Shown piece by piece: positions 42,946 to 52,383 of a stretch of 64,000 nucleotides of DNA; position 1 is the first letter of the stretch; each line of letters starts with the position of its first letter. The stretch covers positions 10,995 through 74,994 of IMG/VR virus record IMGVR_UViG_3300021963_008171; one strand, given 5' to 3'. Made by a program: the position numbers and the translations under genes. The notes under the pieces are model-generated. The model worked only from the letters and a program-made list of their open reading frames with translations, was not told where the DNA came from and did no database searches. The DNA comes from a virus. Lineage: Duplodnaviria > Heunggongvirae > Uroviricota > Caudoviricetes.

Positions 42946-45441
42946 ATGAACGATAAGATAAATTTAGTCTATGACGATTGGCCTCTTGATCAGGAAAGGC
43001 CGAATCCCAATGGAGATAAATATTTTCCAGAAGCAAATGCCTGGATGACTGGTGATGGTCCGATGGAGACTCTTCGATACTGCAATTACGTCAACCGAAG
43101 AATGGAAGATGTCGACAAGTACCAGGAGGAAAATTTCTTTTATGTTGTTTGGCATCGACATTCTCTCTATGACAGATTTTTGTATTTTGACAGACTTCCA
43201 ATAGGTGATGATATGATAGGGGCTTTCCAAAGAAAGCCAAATCTTTATCTTCTTTTAATAAACGATCAAGAGATAGAGCCTATAGAAACTATAAGCAAAC
43301 TTGATCTCGCTCTAGAAAGAAATAATATAGATCCAAGAAAGGTTTTTGTAGTTAACAACAATTCTAGAAATTGGGAATATAAAAAAGAATTGGGGAGTAA
43401 TATTAATGTTCATAGTACGAGGGCAATGCCTCTAGCATTGGCTAAAATTCCCAGAAGTAATTTCGTAGAGAATAAAGAAGGGCATTTTTTCATGTCACAC
43501 AACCATTCTTTAAGAGAAAGCAGATCCGCGTTTGTGTGTCTCTTAAAAAAATATGGACTGATCGATGATTTTGATTGGTCTTATTTGAAGCTCTGGAGAC
43601 TACCTGGTGAGGATTGGATAACTATCTATAGAAGAATATTCAACGATTCCGATATGGAATTCATGATGCCAGAAATAGAATATTTTAATTCTTATGGTAT
43701 TAAGAAAAGCAATTACGAGTCACATTTTCCGTGGCTTGATGAAATGACAACTAATAGTCCTTCTTGGTGGGAAACATTTAATTCACAGCAGTACGAGAAT
43801 ACCTATTTTAATGTAACTGTGGAAACACAATATTTTGGAAGGGACCTTCACATAACAGAAAAGTCATTTAAACCCTTTATCCATCTGCAGTTTCCTATGA
43901 TTCTTGCCTCCAGACATCATATAAAACATATGCGGGAGTATTACGGGTATGATTTTTTCGATGATGTGATTAACCACGATTATGATAACGTCGTAAGTGA
44001 TAGAGATAGAATCTTTAGGTTCATAGAAGAACTAAAAAGAATTCAGGAGAATAAAGAATTCTTTATCGATTTTTATAAAAATAACAAGGAAAGATTTCGG
44101 AGGAATCAAGAAATGGTTTATCAATTCACCAATGAATATGATGCTAGCTATTTCAGGGCATTGACAAAATTTGATCACCCAAAGAAAACCCTTAATCTTG
44201 TTTATGATAATTGGGATACCCAAACTAATCGCCCATTAAGAGGCAATTCTGAAGATCTTTACCTAAGTACATTCCACATGAATGTTGACAGTGTAGTTGG
44301 ATCCTTACAATTTGATAGAAGATTAATCAGAAGATATAGATTGGAAGATGTTCCTAAGATAAAAAATGAGACATTCTTTTATTTTGTCACCTTAATTCCT
44401 GGCATCCTAGCGGAGAATTTAAGATCTGGAAAACTACCAATAAATAGAGATGCTATCAACATGCTCAAGAATTATTCAAACTTTAATGTGATAATAATGA
44501 ATGAGCAGGAAGCAGAAAGAAAAGAAACACTGGTTCTTCTTGATAAATGGTCCAAAGAATCCGGCTTAAATCAGCAACAAATTTGGTTTTCTAATAACAA
44601 CCCAAGACTACAAGAATTCAAAGAGGAAATAGGAACTGATATAAATGTTCATTCGACAGTTAGACTTGCTAATTTCACAGCAAATTCTGTTATACATTCA
44701 GTGGGAAGGGTGGAGTTCAAGTCTGAGAAAGACGGGGAATTTTTCATGTGTCACAATAGAAGGCCAAGACCGCATAGATATGGTTTACTATGCTTGCTTA
44801 AAAAGAGCGGGGTTTTAGATGATGTTGATTGGTCTTTAGTTCAAGGGTTTCAGTTCAAGGGAAATAAGCACCCTGAATCCTTCTTTAGAACAATATTTAA
44901 CGATGAAGATATAGAAAACATGAGAGAAGAAATTGAGTACTTCTCTAACATAGAACAAAAGAAAAGTAGATACGAGGAAGAAAGAACATGGTTCGATGAT
45001 AGGGAAAATGAAAATAATGTTCCTTGGAATGAAACCTATGATAAAAATCAGTTGGAAAATTCATATTTCAATATCACAACAGAAACTGAATTTTCATCAG
45101 ATCTGACACACATATCAGAAAAATCTTTCAAAGCTTTCTGTGCAATGCAGTTTCCCATGATTCTTGCATCTGCTCACCACATCAGAGAAATTAAAAAGAA
45201 ATATGATTTTGATTTTTTTGATGATGTGATCAATCACGATTATGACGACGAAGAGAATCACAGAGACAGACTTTTTAAATTTGTAAAAGAGATAAAAAGA
45301 ATAAACGACAACAAGGAGTTCTTCATAGAATTTTATAAGAACAACAAATTTAGATTCGAGGAAAATCTTAGAAAAATAGAGGAGAAAGTAAAGGATCAAT
45401 CAGATTCTGACTTTTTAAAAAGAATATCTGGTATAATATGA
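42946..45441 (+). CDS. tandem-duplicated two-module enzyme, fucosyltransferase (GT10/GT11)-like C-terminal motif in each half
   Basis: The halves (aa 1-~411 and ~412-831) are colinear. Shared blocks: INLVYDDW/LNLVYDNW, NVHST, FFMSHN/FFMCHN, LCLLKK.G..DD.DWS, and HITEKSFKPFIHLQFPMILASRHH/HISEKSFKAFCAMQFPMILASAHH followed by FFDDVINHDYD. Confidence 0.45.
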   Translation: MNDKINLVYDDWPLDQERPNPNGDKYFPEANAWMTGDGPMETLRYCNYVNRRMEDVDKYQEENFFYVVWHRHSLYDRFLYFDRLPIGDDMIGAFQRKPNLYLLLINDQEIEPIETISKLDLALERNNIDPRKVFVVNNNSRNWEYKKELGSNINVHSTRAMPLALAKIPRSNFVENKEGHFFMSHNHSLRESRSAFVCLLKKYGLIDDFDWSYLKLWRLPGEDWITIYRRIFNDSDMEFMMPEIEYFNSYGIKKSNYESHFPWLDEMTTNSPSWWETFNSQQYENTYFNVTVETQYFGRDLHITEKSFKPFIHLQFPMILASRHHIKHMREYYGYDFFDDVINHDYDNVVSDRDRIFRFIEELKRIQENKEFFIDFYKNNKERFRRNQEMVYQFTNEYDASYFRALTKFDHPKKTLNLVYDNWDTQTNRPLRGNSEDLYLSTFHMNVDSVVGSLQFDRRLIRRYRLEDVPKIKNETFFYFVTLIPGILAENLRSGKLPINRDAINMLKNYSNFNVIIMNEQEAERKETLVLLDKWSKESGLNQQQIWFSNNNPRLQEFKEEIGTDINVHSTVRLANFTANSVIHSVGRVEFKSEKDGEFFMCHNRRPRPHRYGLLCLLKKSGVLDDVDWSLVQGFQFKGNKHPESFFRTIFNDEDIENMREEIEYFSNIEQKKSRYEEERTWFDDRENENNVPWNETYDKNQLENSYFNITTETEFSSDLTHISEKSFKAFCAMQFPMILASAHHIREIKKKYDFDFFDDVINHDYDDEENHRDRLFKFVKEIKRINDNKEFFIEFYKNNKFRFEENLRKIEEKVKDQSDSDFLKRISGII

Positions 45442-47105
45442 AAAAGGTACTAATTACAGGATGCAATGGTTTAGTTGGAAGCTATCTAAGAGATCTTTGT
45501 TTAGATAATGGATGGAAAGTTACTGGTGTAGATAGAAACGCAACAAAGAGAATTACCAGAGATTTTAATTACAAATTTAAAAAACTAGACTTATTAATAG
45601 AACAAAATATAATAGATCTTTTTAAAGATGAAAAATATGATGTAGTATTTAATTGTTTTGGAATTAAAGGATCTCCAGTAAGGGCAAAAAATAATCCTGT
45701 TGATTTTCTGTACCCGTCTTTTAAAATAAACACTGAGATAATAAATCAATGTTATTTAAACGACACGTGGTTGGTTTTTGTTAGCTCTGTTGGTGTTTAT
45801 AGCCCAGCAGAAAAATTCTCAGAAGATGATGTTTGGAAAACACTACCATCAGAATCCGATTGGTTTCCGTCTTGGTCTAAAAGAATGGGAGAATTGCTAT
45901 TGGAATCATATCGGGTTCAATATGGATACAACAAATGGACGATAGTAAGACCAGCAAATATATTTGGTGAATACGACGACTTTAGTGGTAGTGGAACATT
46001 GATATCAACCATGGTAAAAAAGGTCTACGAATCTTCTGGAGAGATTGAAGCATGGGGAGACGGCACACCTATCAGGGATTTTGTTTACGGAAAAGACGTT
46101 GCTTTGTCTTTAATAAAACTTTATGAAGAAGAAATAAACGATATAGTTAATTGCGGGTCAGGAATAGAGGTATCAATAAAAGATGTTGTTGAAGAAATTA
46201 TAAAAGCAAGCGGGAAGGAAATCTCAGTAAAATGGGATTCTTCTAAACCTAATGGAGATCTTAGAAGACTAATGGATACCACAAGACAGGAAATTCACGG
46301 GATAATGCCAAAAACCAATTTTTCCGATGCTATACTTAATGTTTATAAATATTACTCAGGTCTTTTCGAAGAGGAGTTACCAGTAATATCTAAAGACGAT
46401 TTGCTCGTCGAAGGTGCATATGTTGGAAAAATATCTGATTTCCTAGAGGAGGATGAATTAGAGCTTTTCAAAGAAATGATAGAGGATGTTAAAGAGTACT
46501 CCTCCGAAGATATTGAAAATAGACTTTCGTGCAAATATAATTATGACGATATAGTAAATGAATATGACCATAATATTCCACCCAGTAAAGTTGCGGAGAG
46601 AGATGCATTTATTCGAAAGAATAAATATCACGTTTGGCAAAAATGGTGGGATTTTAGGTATCCTAAAGAGTCATATTTCAGCGAGATAGCCACAAAAATA
46701 TTAAAGGATCTTTACCCACAGGCTGCCGCTGCTTTGAATGAGGCTAAGATATCAGGATCTATGGCACTTTTTGAAGATGGACATTTCATAGACATTCACA
46801 ACGATGGAGCTAATGTAGGAAGACTTTGTGTAATTATATTCTATCTCTCCGACCCTTCTGCTCATAATAACGGGGGAGGGGAATTAAGAATAATTACCAG
46901 CACAGGAAAAGAATTTATAATAGATCCAGTTTTTGATAATTTCTGCGTGATGGATTTTGCAAAGAATAACATAAAACATGAAGTAAAGATGGTTAATAAC
47001 GGATTTAAAAGATATACCTATATAAATTTTATATCACTCAAAGATGGGATTTTAGAATCAATTTTCCCGAACGAAATAAAAATAGAAAAGAAAAAAATAA
47101 TATGA
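45438..47105 (+). CDS. fusion protein: NAD(P)-dependent epimerase/reductase (extended SDR) plus C-terminal 2OG-Fe(II) oxygenase-like domain
   Basis: N-terminus VLITGCNGLVGSYL, RPANIFG and WGDGTPIRDFVY. C-terminus IDIHNDGANVGRLCVIIFYLSD...GGGELRI...IKHEV...RYTYINF, giving HxD, a distal His and an Arg. Confidence 0.65.
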   Translation: MKKVLITGCNGLVGSYLRDLCLDNGWKVTGVDRNATKRITRDFNYKFKKLDLLIEQNIIDLFKDEKYDVVFNCFGIKGSPVRAKNNPVDFLYPSFKINTEIINQCYLNDTWLVFVSSVGVYSPAEKFSEDDVWKTLPSESDWFPSWSKRMGELLLESYRVQYGYNKWTIVRPANIFGEYDDFSGSGTLISTMVKKVYESSGEIEAWGDGTPIRDFVYGKDVALSLIKLYEEEINDIVNCGSGIEVSIKDVVEEIIKASGKEISVKWDSSKPNGDLRRLMDTTRQEIHGIMPKTNFSDAILNVYKYYSGLFEEELPVISKDDLLVEGAYVGKISDFLEEDELELFKEMIEDVKEYSSEDIENRLSCKYNYDDIVNEYDHNIPPSKVAERDAFIRKNKYHVWQKWWDFRYPKESYFSEIATKILKDLYPQAAAALNEAKISGSMALFEDGHFIDIHNDGANVGRLCVIIFYLSDPSAHNNGGGELRIITSTGKEFIIDPVFDNFCVMDFAKNNIKHEVKMVNNGFKRYTYINFISLKDGILESIFPNEIKIEKKKII

Positions 47106-48076
47106 TAAACAAGAATTCAAGAATTTTAATTACCGGTGGATCTGGATTGGTTGGACAAAATTTAACTGAAAGACTAGTCAGAGAGGGATATACAGATTTA
47201 AGAGTAAATCTTCATAGAAGAGGAGTTAGAAAGGTTCATGACGGTGTTAATTACACATATCATGATCTACAAACATACGAAGGGTGTAAAATCGCAACAG
47301 TGGACGTTGATGTTGTTTTTCATGCCGCTGCTTCAACCTCAAATGCAGTTGATACTGTAGTAGATCCTTTAGCACACGTTACACCAAATGTTGCTATGAA
47401 TAATTTTCTTATAGATGCAGCTTGGAGGAATAATGTACAGCACTATATTTTCATTTCTTCCAATACCGTTTATCCACCAAAGGGTGATGAGCCTGTGGTA
47501 GAAACAGATTTTCTATTTGATGAACCTTATCCAGTATATTTTCCAGTTGGCTGGATGAAAAGATACGCAGAGGTTCAGTGCGAACTTTACGGAAAATATC
47601 TCCCAAGAAAGATGAAATCAACTGTGATAAGACCAGCCAATTTGTTTGGTCCTCATGATAAGTACGATTTCAATAAATGTCACGTTACCCCAGCAACAAT
47701 AAGAAAGGTAGCAGACAAAATGAACCCGATTCCTGTTTGGGGTGACGGATCGGAATTAAGGGATCTCCTTTTCGTAGAAGATTTTGTAGAAGCTCTACAG
47801 ACGGTAATGGAAAAAGAAACTGAAATGTTCGAGGTGTATAATGTTGGATCTAATAAAGTATATTCAGTTCTTGATGTTCTTGAGAAGATGAAAAAGATTG
47901 CAGACTATGATGCACCGACAGAGTTCATTAGTGGAAAGCCTTCTATGATACCAACTAGAAAAATAGATTCTAATAAAATCAAAGAAAAATTAGGATGGGA
48001 GGCAAAAACCCCCCTAGAAGATGGATTGGCTATAGCTTATAATTGGTATCTTGAGAATAATAAAGAATTCAAATAA
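47102..48076 (+). CDS. GDP-L-fucose synthase (Fcl/GMER)-like NAD(P)-dependent epimerase/reductase
   Basis: [14 protein letters not shown]. By-eye matches to E. coli Fcl: [26 protein letters not shown] vs [64 protein letters not shown] vs GWYHEISLEAGLASTYQWFLEN. Confidence 0.75.
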   Translation: [324 protein letters not shown]

Positions 48077-48077
48077 T

Positions 48078-48983
48078 ATGAAGGGATTGATTTTTGCTGG
48101 TTGTTCTTTTACCTGGGGTCAGGGATTATATTACTATTCGGGATTGAATACTTTAGTCGAGCCTGAACCAGATTGTTATGATGCTAGTCTTATCACAGAT
48201 GCCCATAAAAGATATATGGAAACACTGAGATATCCCAGGATAGTTGCAAATCATTTCAACACGTTTGAGTTGGTGTCTAAGCAAAATGGAGGATCTGAAG
48301 AAAGTTCGATTGATTTTATTAATTCAGCATTTGGAATTGGGGAAAAATTTGGATTTTTAACAGATCAGGAATTTTCTTTTAGCGAAATAGAATATGTTAT
48401 AATACAAACATCCCAACCGAATAGAAATGGATTTTACTTCCAATACGAGGGAGAGGAACATAAATTCTTGATTCACGAAAAATCATCAAAAGGTAAATTT
48501 TACGAATGGCTTATAGAAGAAAGAAAATTAACTATCGATGAGTGGTTTGAAGAGCACAAGGAAACATACATTGAGAAAATAAAAAGATTGATGAAGTTCC
48601 TTGAATCCAATGGAATTAAAACGAAAATACTCTGCTGGGAGAACGATTATTTAAATCTAATCAGATCTGATATTTTTATGTACAACAGATTTATCCCGTT
48701 GGAATACAGAGGGGATCAATTTTCGTCCATAAGAGATTTAATGTCCAAACACTCGCATCTTACCATAAATTCAGATTATGATAACTTTCAGGATCCTCCG
48801 AAGGATCACCATCCATCTAAAGAATGTCACCAGGTTCTAGCAGAATCTGTTATAAAATCTATAGAAAGTGATCTGAAGAATTTAAGCGAAACCCATATTT
48901 TTGATGATCACAGGGAGTTTATGAAAACTCTTCCTTGTCCAGCAAAAGAGCCAATTATAAAAAAGGCTAAAACCCTTATATAG
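48078..48983 (+). CDS. divergent SGNH-like hydrolase
   Basis: ATG 48078 is in frame with track ORF 48051. The N-terminus LIFAGCSFTWGQG has GCS in place of GDS. The C-terminus is PKDHHPSKECHQVLAESV. Confidence 0.45.
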   Translation: MKGLIFAGCSFTWGQGLYYYSGLNTLVEPEPDCYDASLITDAHKRYMETLRYPRIVANHFNTFELVSKQNGGSEESSIDFINSAFGIGEKFGFLTDQEFSFSEIEYVIIQTSQPNRNGFYFQYEGEEHKFLIHEKSSKGKFYEWLIEERKLTIDEWFEEHKETYIEKIKRLMKFLESNGIKTKILCWENDYLNLIRSDIFMYNRFIPLEYRGDQFSSIRDLMSKHSHLTINSDYDNFQDPPKDHHPSKECHQVLAESVIKSIESDLKNLSETHIFDDHREFMKTLPCPAKEPIIKKAKTLI

Positions 48984-50421
48984 GTTTTTCTGGTGGATAT
49001 GGATAAGTACCTGTTTCGAAGTGCGTTATTCTTCCATCGTTAAGATTAACTACTGGAATGGATTGATCAACTTTTATAGCCCCATACCATTCAGCTAATT
49101 CTGGAAAAGTCTCTTTGAAGTTCTTACCCCTTCTACTATCATATTGTACATAGAAGCTTTTGAAATCATGGTGTAGTATCGATTTATCGTCTTCTGTTGT
49201 ATTGTGCCCTTTCTCTACAACCTGTATGTAATCCAATAATCTTTGAACCTGAGCAAATTCTCCAACACTGAATAAATTGGGTGTCATTTTTTCGTTGAAC
49301 CATTTACTCAATTTTGCATGAAGCTCAGCTTTGATTTCATCAGGAAGAACTAATGGTGACATAAATGCCGGCCATCTTAGAATATTAAGATCAACGTTTG
49401 GTTTATTTGCACCATATTTCTTTTTTAGTTCTATCATATCATCCAAGAAATCAGTGATGCTAAATAGACATAAACTGTTGATTGTCATCATTATGGTTAA
49501 AGATCTTAATTTAGCTCTTTCGATTAAGCTAACAAGATTGCTTCTCCATGTTTCGTAAACTAATCCGTCTCTAATATATTCTGCATGTCTTCCATAGGAT
49601 TCGTTGCTAGTATAGATGTCCATTTCTTTAATGTCCATCGTGTGTGACATTGCTATCATCTTCTCTAATGTTTGTTCTGTCATTCCGAGATTTGAATTAA
49701 CAGCAAGTCTTAGATTAGGAGAAGGGTTGGATTTTAATATGTCTATGAAATCCCAAAAATTGTGGCTCAAAGAAGGCTCTCCCCCTGTAATTCTGATCTC
49801 CTCTAATGTTTGAGATAACTCTGGCCACCATTCGAAAAAAGCCTGTACGAATGGATTCCTTTCGTTATACTTTCCAAATATTTCTGACCAAGAACCGTCA
49901 CTTCGGTATGCACCCGCTGAATCTGTTCTCATCTTTTGATATGGACCAAATTGCTGAATTTCCTTTCCCCACGTGGTACTGTATCCTGCATTACAATAGC
50001 TACACGCAAAATTACAAGTTCTATCAAAGCTTATTTCTAATGTCTTTAAAAGAATATCATCTCTGTAATCGGTCTCTTCTATTTTAGCTATGTCTTCCTC
50101 GTTATAGATGATGCTTTTGTAAACCCTGTCAGATACATTGTTTCTCCCTATGTCCTCTATTTTCCAGCAATAAGAGCATTCTGCAGGTCTAATGCCACTA
50201 AGCATCATTTTTCGCATTTGCTTTTTATGCCTTGTGTTGTGAATTGCAGAAGGATTTGTTTTTATTTCTTCCAAGTCTATAGGATGCGGAAGGGGTAAAT
50301 GGCAGGATCCGGTGTATCCATGTCCAAGATGTATACTTGCATTGTACCATTTCGCTGCACAAAAGCTTTTGCTTATCTTATTAAGGTTTTTTTCTCTCCA
50401 GTCTATCAGTTCTTTTGACAT
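48976..50421 (-). CDS. radical SAM enzyme (paralog of 50989..52383)
   Basis: CxxxCxxC in DRTCNFACSYCNAGYS. The N-terminal Cys/His cluster is CAAKWYNASIHLGHGYTGSCHLPLPH...ECSYCWKIED. Confidence 0.75.
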   Translation of the reverse strand: MSKELIDWREKNLNKISKSFCAAKWYNASIHLGHGYTGSCHLPLPHPIDLEEIKTNPSAIHNTRHKKQMRKMMLSGIRPAECSYCWKIEDIGRNNVSDRVYKSIIYNEEDIAKIEETDYRDDILLKTLEISFDRTCNFACSYCNAGYSTTWGKEIQQFGPYQKMRTDSAGAYRSDGSWSEIFGKYNERNPFVQAFFEWWPELSQTLEEIRITGGEPSLSHNFWDFIDILKSNPSPNLRLAVNSNLGMTEQTLEKMIAMSHTMDIKEMDIYTSNESYGRHAEYIRDGLVYETWRSNLVSLIERAKLRSLTIMMTINSLCLFSITDFLDDMIELKKKYGANKPNVDLNILRWPAFMSPLVLPDEIKAELHAKLSKWFNEKMTPNLFSVGEFAQVQRLLDYIQVVEKGHNTTEDDKSILHHDFKSFYVQYDSRRGKNFKETFPELAEWYGAIKVDQSIPVVNLNDGRITHFETGTYPYPPEKPI

Positions 50422-50429
50422 AGTCTAAA

Positions 50430-51011
50430 TTATATTTGGTGTAGAAAATTGCAGTTATCTGTTAGATCGTAGCTTTTTCCGTGGATGAATTCTTCGAATA
50501 CATGCTTACTTATAGTTTCTTCGTCTCTTATTATTTCCAGTTCATGAAGAATTACCTCAAGATAATTGAGATTAAATTCATTTTTCGGGAAATTCCCAGC
50601 TCCAAATATTATATGTGAATTTGTGTCTGCTGCTAATTTGTCGTTTATAAAATAAAGGGTTAATGCATTTCCGTCTATATAAACAGTTATTACACCATTT
50701 CCTTTTGTTACCAACAATTCATATTTTCTGTTTGGCTCCCATTCAAAGTTACAAGAAAGATATTCAGTTTTTCCTTTACCGTCAGTAACAATTAATAGCA
50801 TGCCATATTCCTCCAGATCTATTCCAAGGTAGCTGGGAAGTTTAGCAAATAGAGTTGATTTTCTAGTTATTTCTTTCTCTAGTTCAAAGACTAGCTTAAA
50901 ACTAAAATCCCCTTCATAATCAAATATGTGATTTGCTGGATCTTTTATGAATTTTTGTCCTAATATATTAGGCCACATTATCCAGGGTTCACCCTCTTTT
51001 ATTTTTAACAT
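50430..51011 (-). CDS. LamG/concanavalin-like jelly-roll protein
   Basis: FSFKLVF...RKYELLVTKGNGVITVYIDGNAL...NSHIIFGAGNF...LEVILHELEII fits the Laminin_G_3 pattern. Confidence 0.5.
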   Translation of the reverse strand: MLKIKEGEPWIMWPNILGQKFIKDPANHIFDYEGDFSFKLVFELEKEITRKSTLFAKLPSYLGIDLEEYGMLLIVTDGKGKTEYLSCNFEWEPNRKYELLVTKGNGVITVYIDGNALTLYFINDKLAADTNSHIIFGAGNFPKNEFNLNYLEVILHELEIIRDEETISKHVFEEFIHGKSYDLTDNCNFLHQI

Positions 51012-52383
51012 CTTCGTAGAATTTTTTTAGTTCAGGAAAGGTTTTTATAAAATCTGTACCTCTTCTTTTATCGTGTTCATCAACAAACAATACAAAATCT
51101 TTTCTATTTTTTTCAACGTCGAATCCATCCTCTGATATAGCATAGTCATAGATTCTTTTTATCTTTTGAATCTCAACATCGGAAAATCCATAATTATCGT
51201 GTGTGAATTCAGGTGTTGCGTAATAGAATGCTTTTTGAGCAGCTTTGAATATGAGCTCTTTGTGTTCGTCGTTAAGTATTTTAACCGACTGATGCTCTGG
51301 CCATCTTAGATAGGATGTATCTAGCTGTATGGCAGATATCCAATACCTTTCTTTGTTTTGGTATTTCTTTTTTAGCTGGAATATCTTTTCTATTAACTTA
51401 GAATACCCAAACACCGACATTGCGTTAAACGTTGCCATAACGTTCACTGTGACCTTCGGAAGTTCGGTTAGGATAGTTTCTACATTTTCGAAGAAGTGGT
51501 CAAAATTGAGCCCGAAACGGATGTATTCGGCTTGTTCTTTCCATGCTTCACACGAGGTAAATACTATTAGCTCGTTTACCCTGTTTTCCTCAATTATTTT
51601 TTTACACAATTTCACAAATTTTTCTACCAGATTTTTAGGAACACCAAGATTGGTATTGATTGAAAGATTTAATTTTCTATTAGGTTCCTCGGTTTCTGCT
51701 ATGAATTCTAATAACTTCCACGTGTCTTTTGAAAGAAGTGGTTCACCACCAGTTATTCTAAATGTGTGTAAGTCGTTGTAAAGATCTGGCCACCATTCCC
51801 AAAATGCTTCAACGTATGGATTTTCTTCTGAATGCTTGTATGGTATTTGTCCGGTTTCCCTGGGCCATTTAAGATCATTAAAATTTGTTGATGTTGGATA
51901 TCCCCCATGATTTTCTATTTCTTCCATCCATTTGGAAGAAAACATAGGGCTACAATAGGAGCATTTGAAATTACACGTGTTTGAAAAATTAACCTCAACA
52001 TATTTTGGATTGTAATCTGAGCTCCATCTTAGATTTTTAATTTCGTCCATGTGTGGAAATGACCATGGCTCTGAGCTTTTGAAAACCCTATCAGAAAAAG
52101 ATTCTGAACTATCTTCCACCTTCCAACAATAATTACATTCCTCGGGTCTTTGCCCATTTAACATTTCCCTTCTCACCTTCTTTTTGTGCTTGGTGTTGTG
52201 AAGAGCCGATGGATTATTTTCCAGTTCGCTCAAAGGAATTTTATGTGGAATCGGGTGATGACATGAATGCGTCATTCCATTATGAAGATGCATAGTAACT
52301 TGTGTCCACTTAGCGAGACACATCCCACATCCAGTTGAATTTAATTCTTTTCTTGTTTCCTCAAAAATTCTTTGATCGCTCAT
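50989..52383 (-). CDS. radical SAM enzyme (paralog of 48976..50421)
   Basis: SNTCNFKCSYCSPMFS. The N-terminal cluster is CGMCLAKWTQVTMHLHNGMTHSCHHPIPH...ECNYCWKVED. Confidence 0.75.
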   Translation of the reverse strand: MSDQRIFEETRKELNSTGCGMCLAKWTQVTMHLHNGMTHSCHHPIPHKIPLSELENNPSALHNTKHKKKVRREMLNGQRPEECNYCWKVEDSSESFSDRVFKSSEPWSFPHMDEIKNLRWSSDYNPKYVEVNFSNTCNFKCSYCSPMFSSKWMEEIENHGGYPTSTNFNDLKWPRETGQIPYKHSEENPYVEAFWEWWPDLYNDLHTFRITGGEPLLSKDTWKLLEFIAETEEPNRKLNLSINTNLGVPKNLVEKFVKLCKKIIEENRVNELIVFTSCEAWKEQAEYIRFGLNFDHFFENVETILTELPKVTVNVMATFNAMSVFGYSKLIEKIFQLKKKYQNKERYWISAIQLDTSYLRWPEHQSVKILNDEHKELIFKAAQKAFYYATPEFTHDNYGFSDVEIQKIKRIYDYAISEDGFDVEKNRKDFVLFVDEHDKRRGTDFIKTFPELKKFYEDVKNKRG

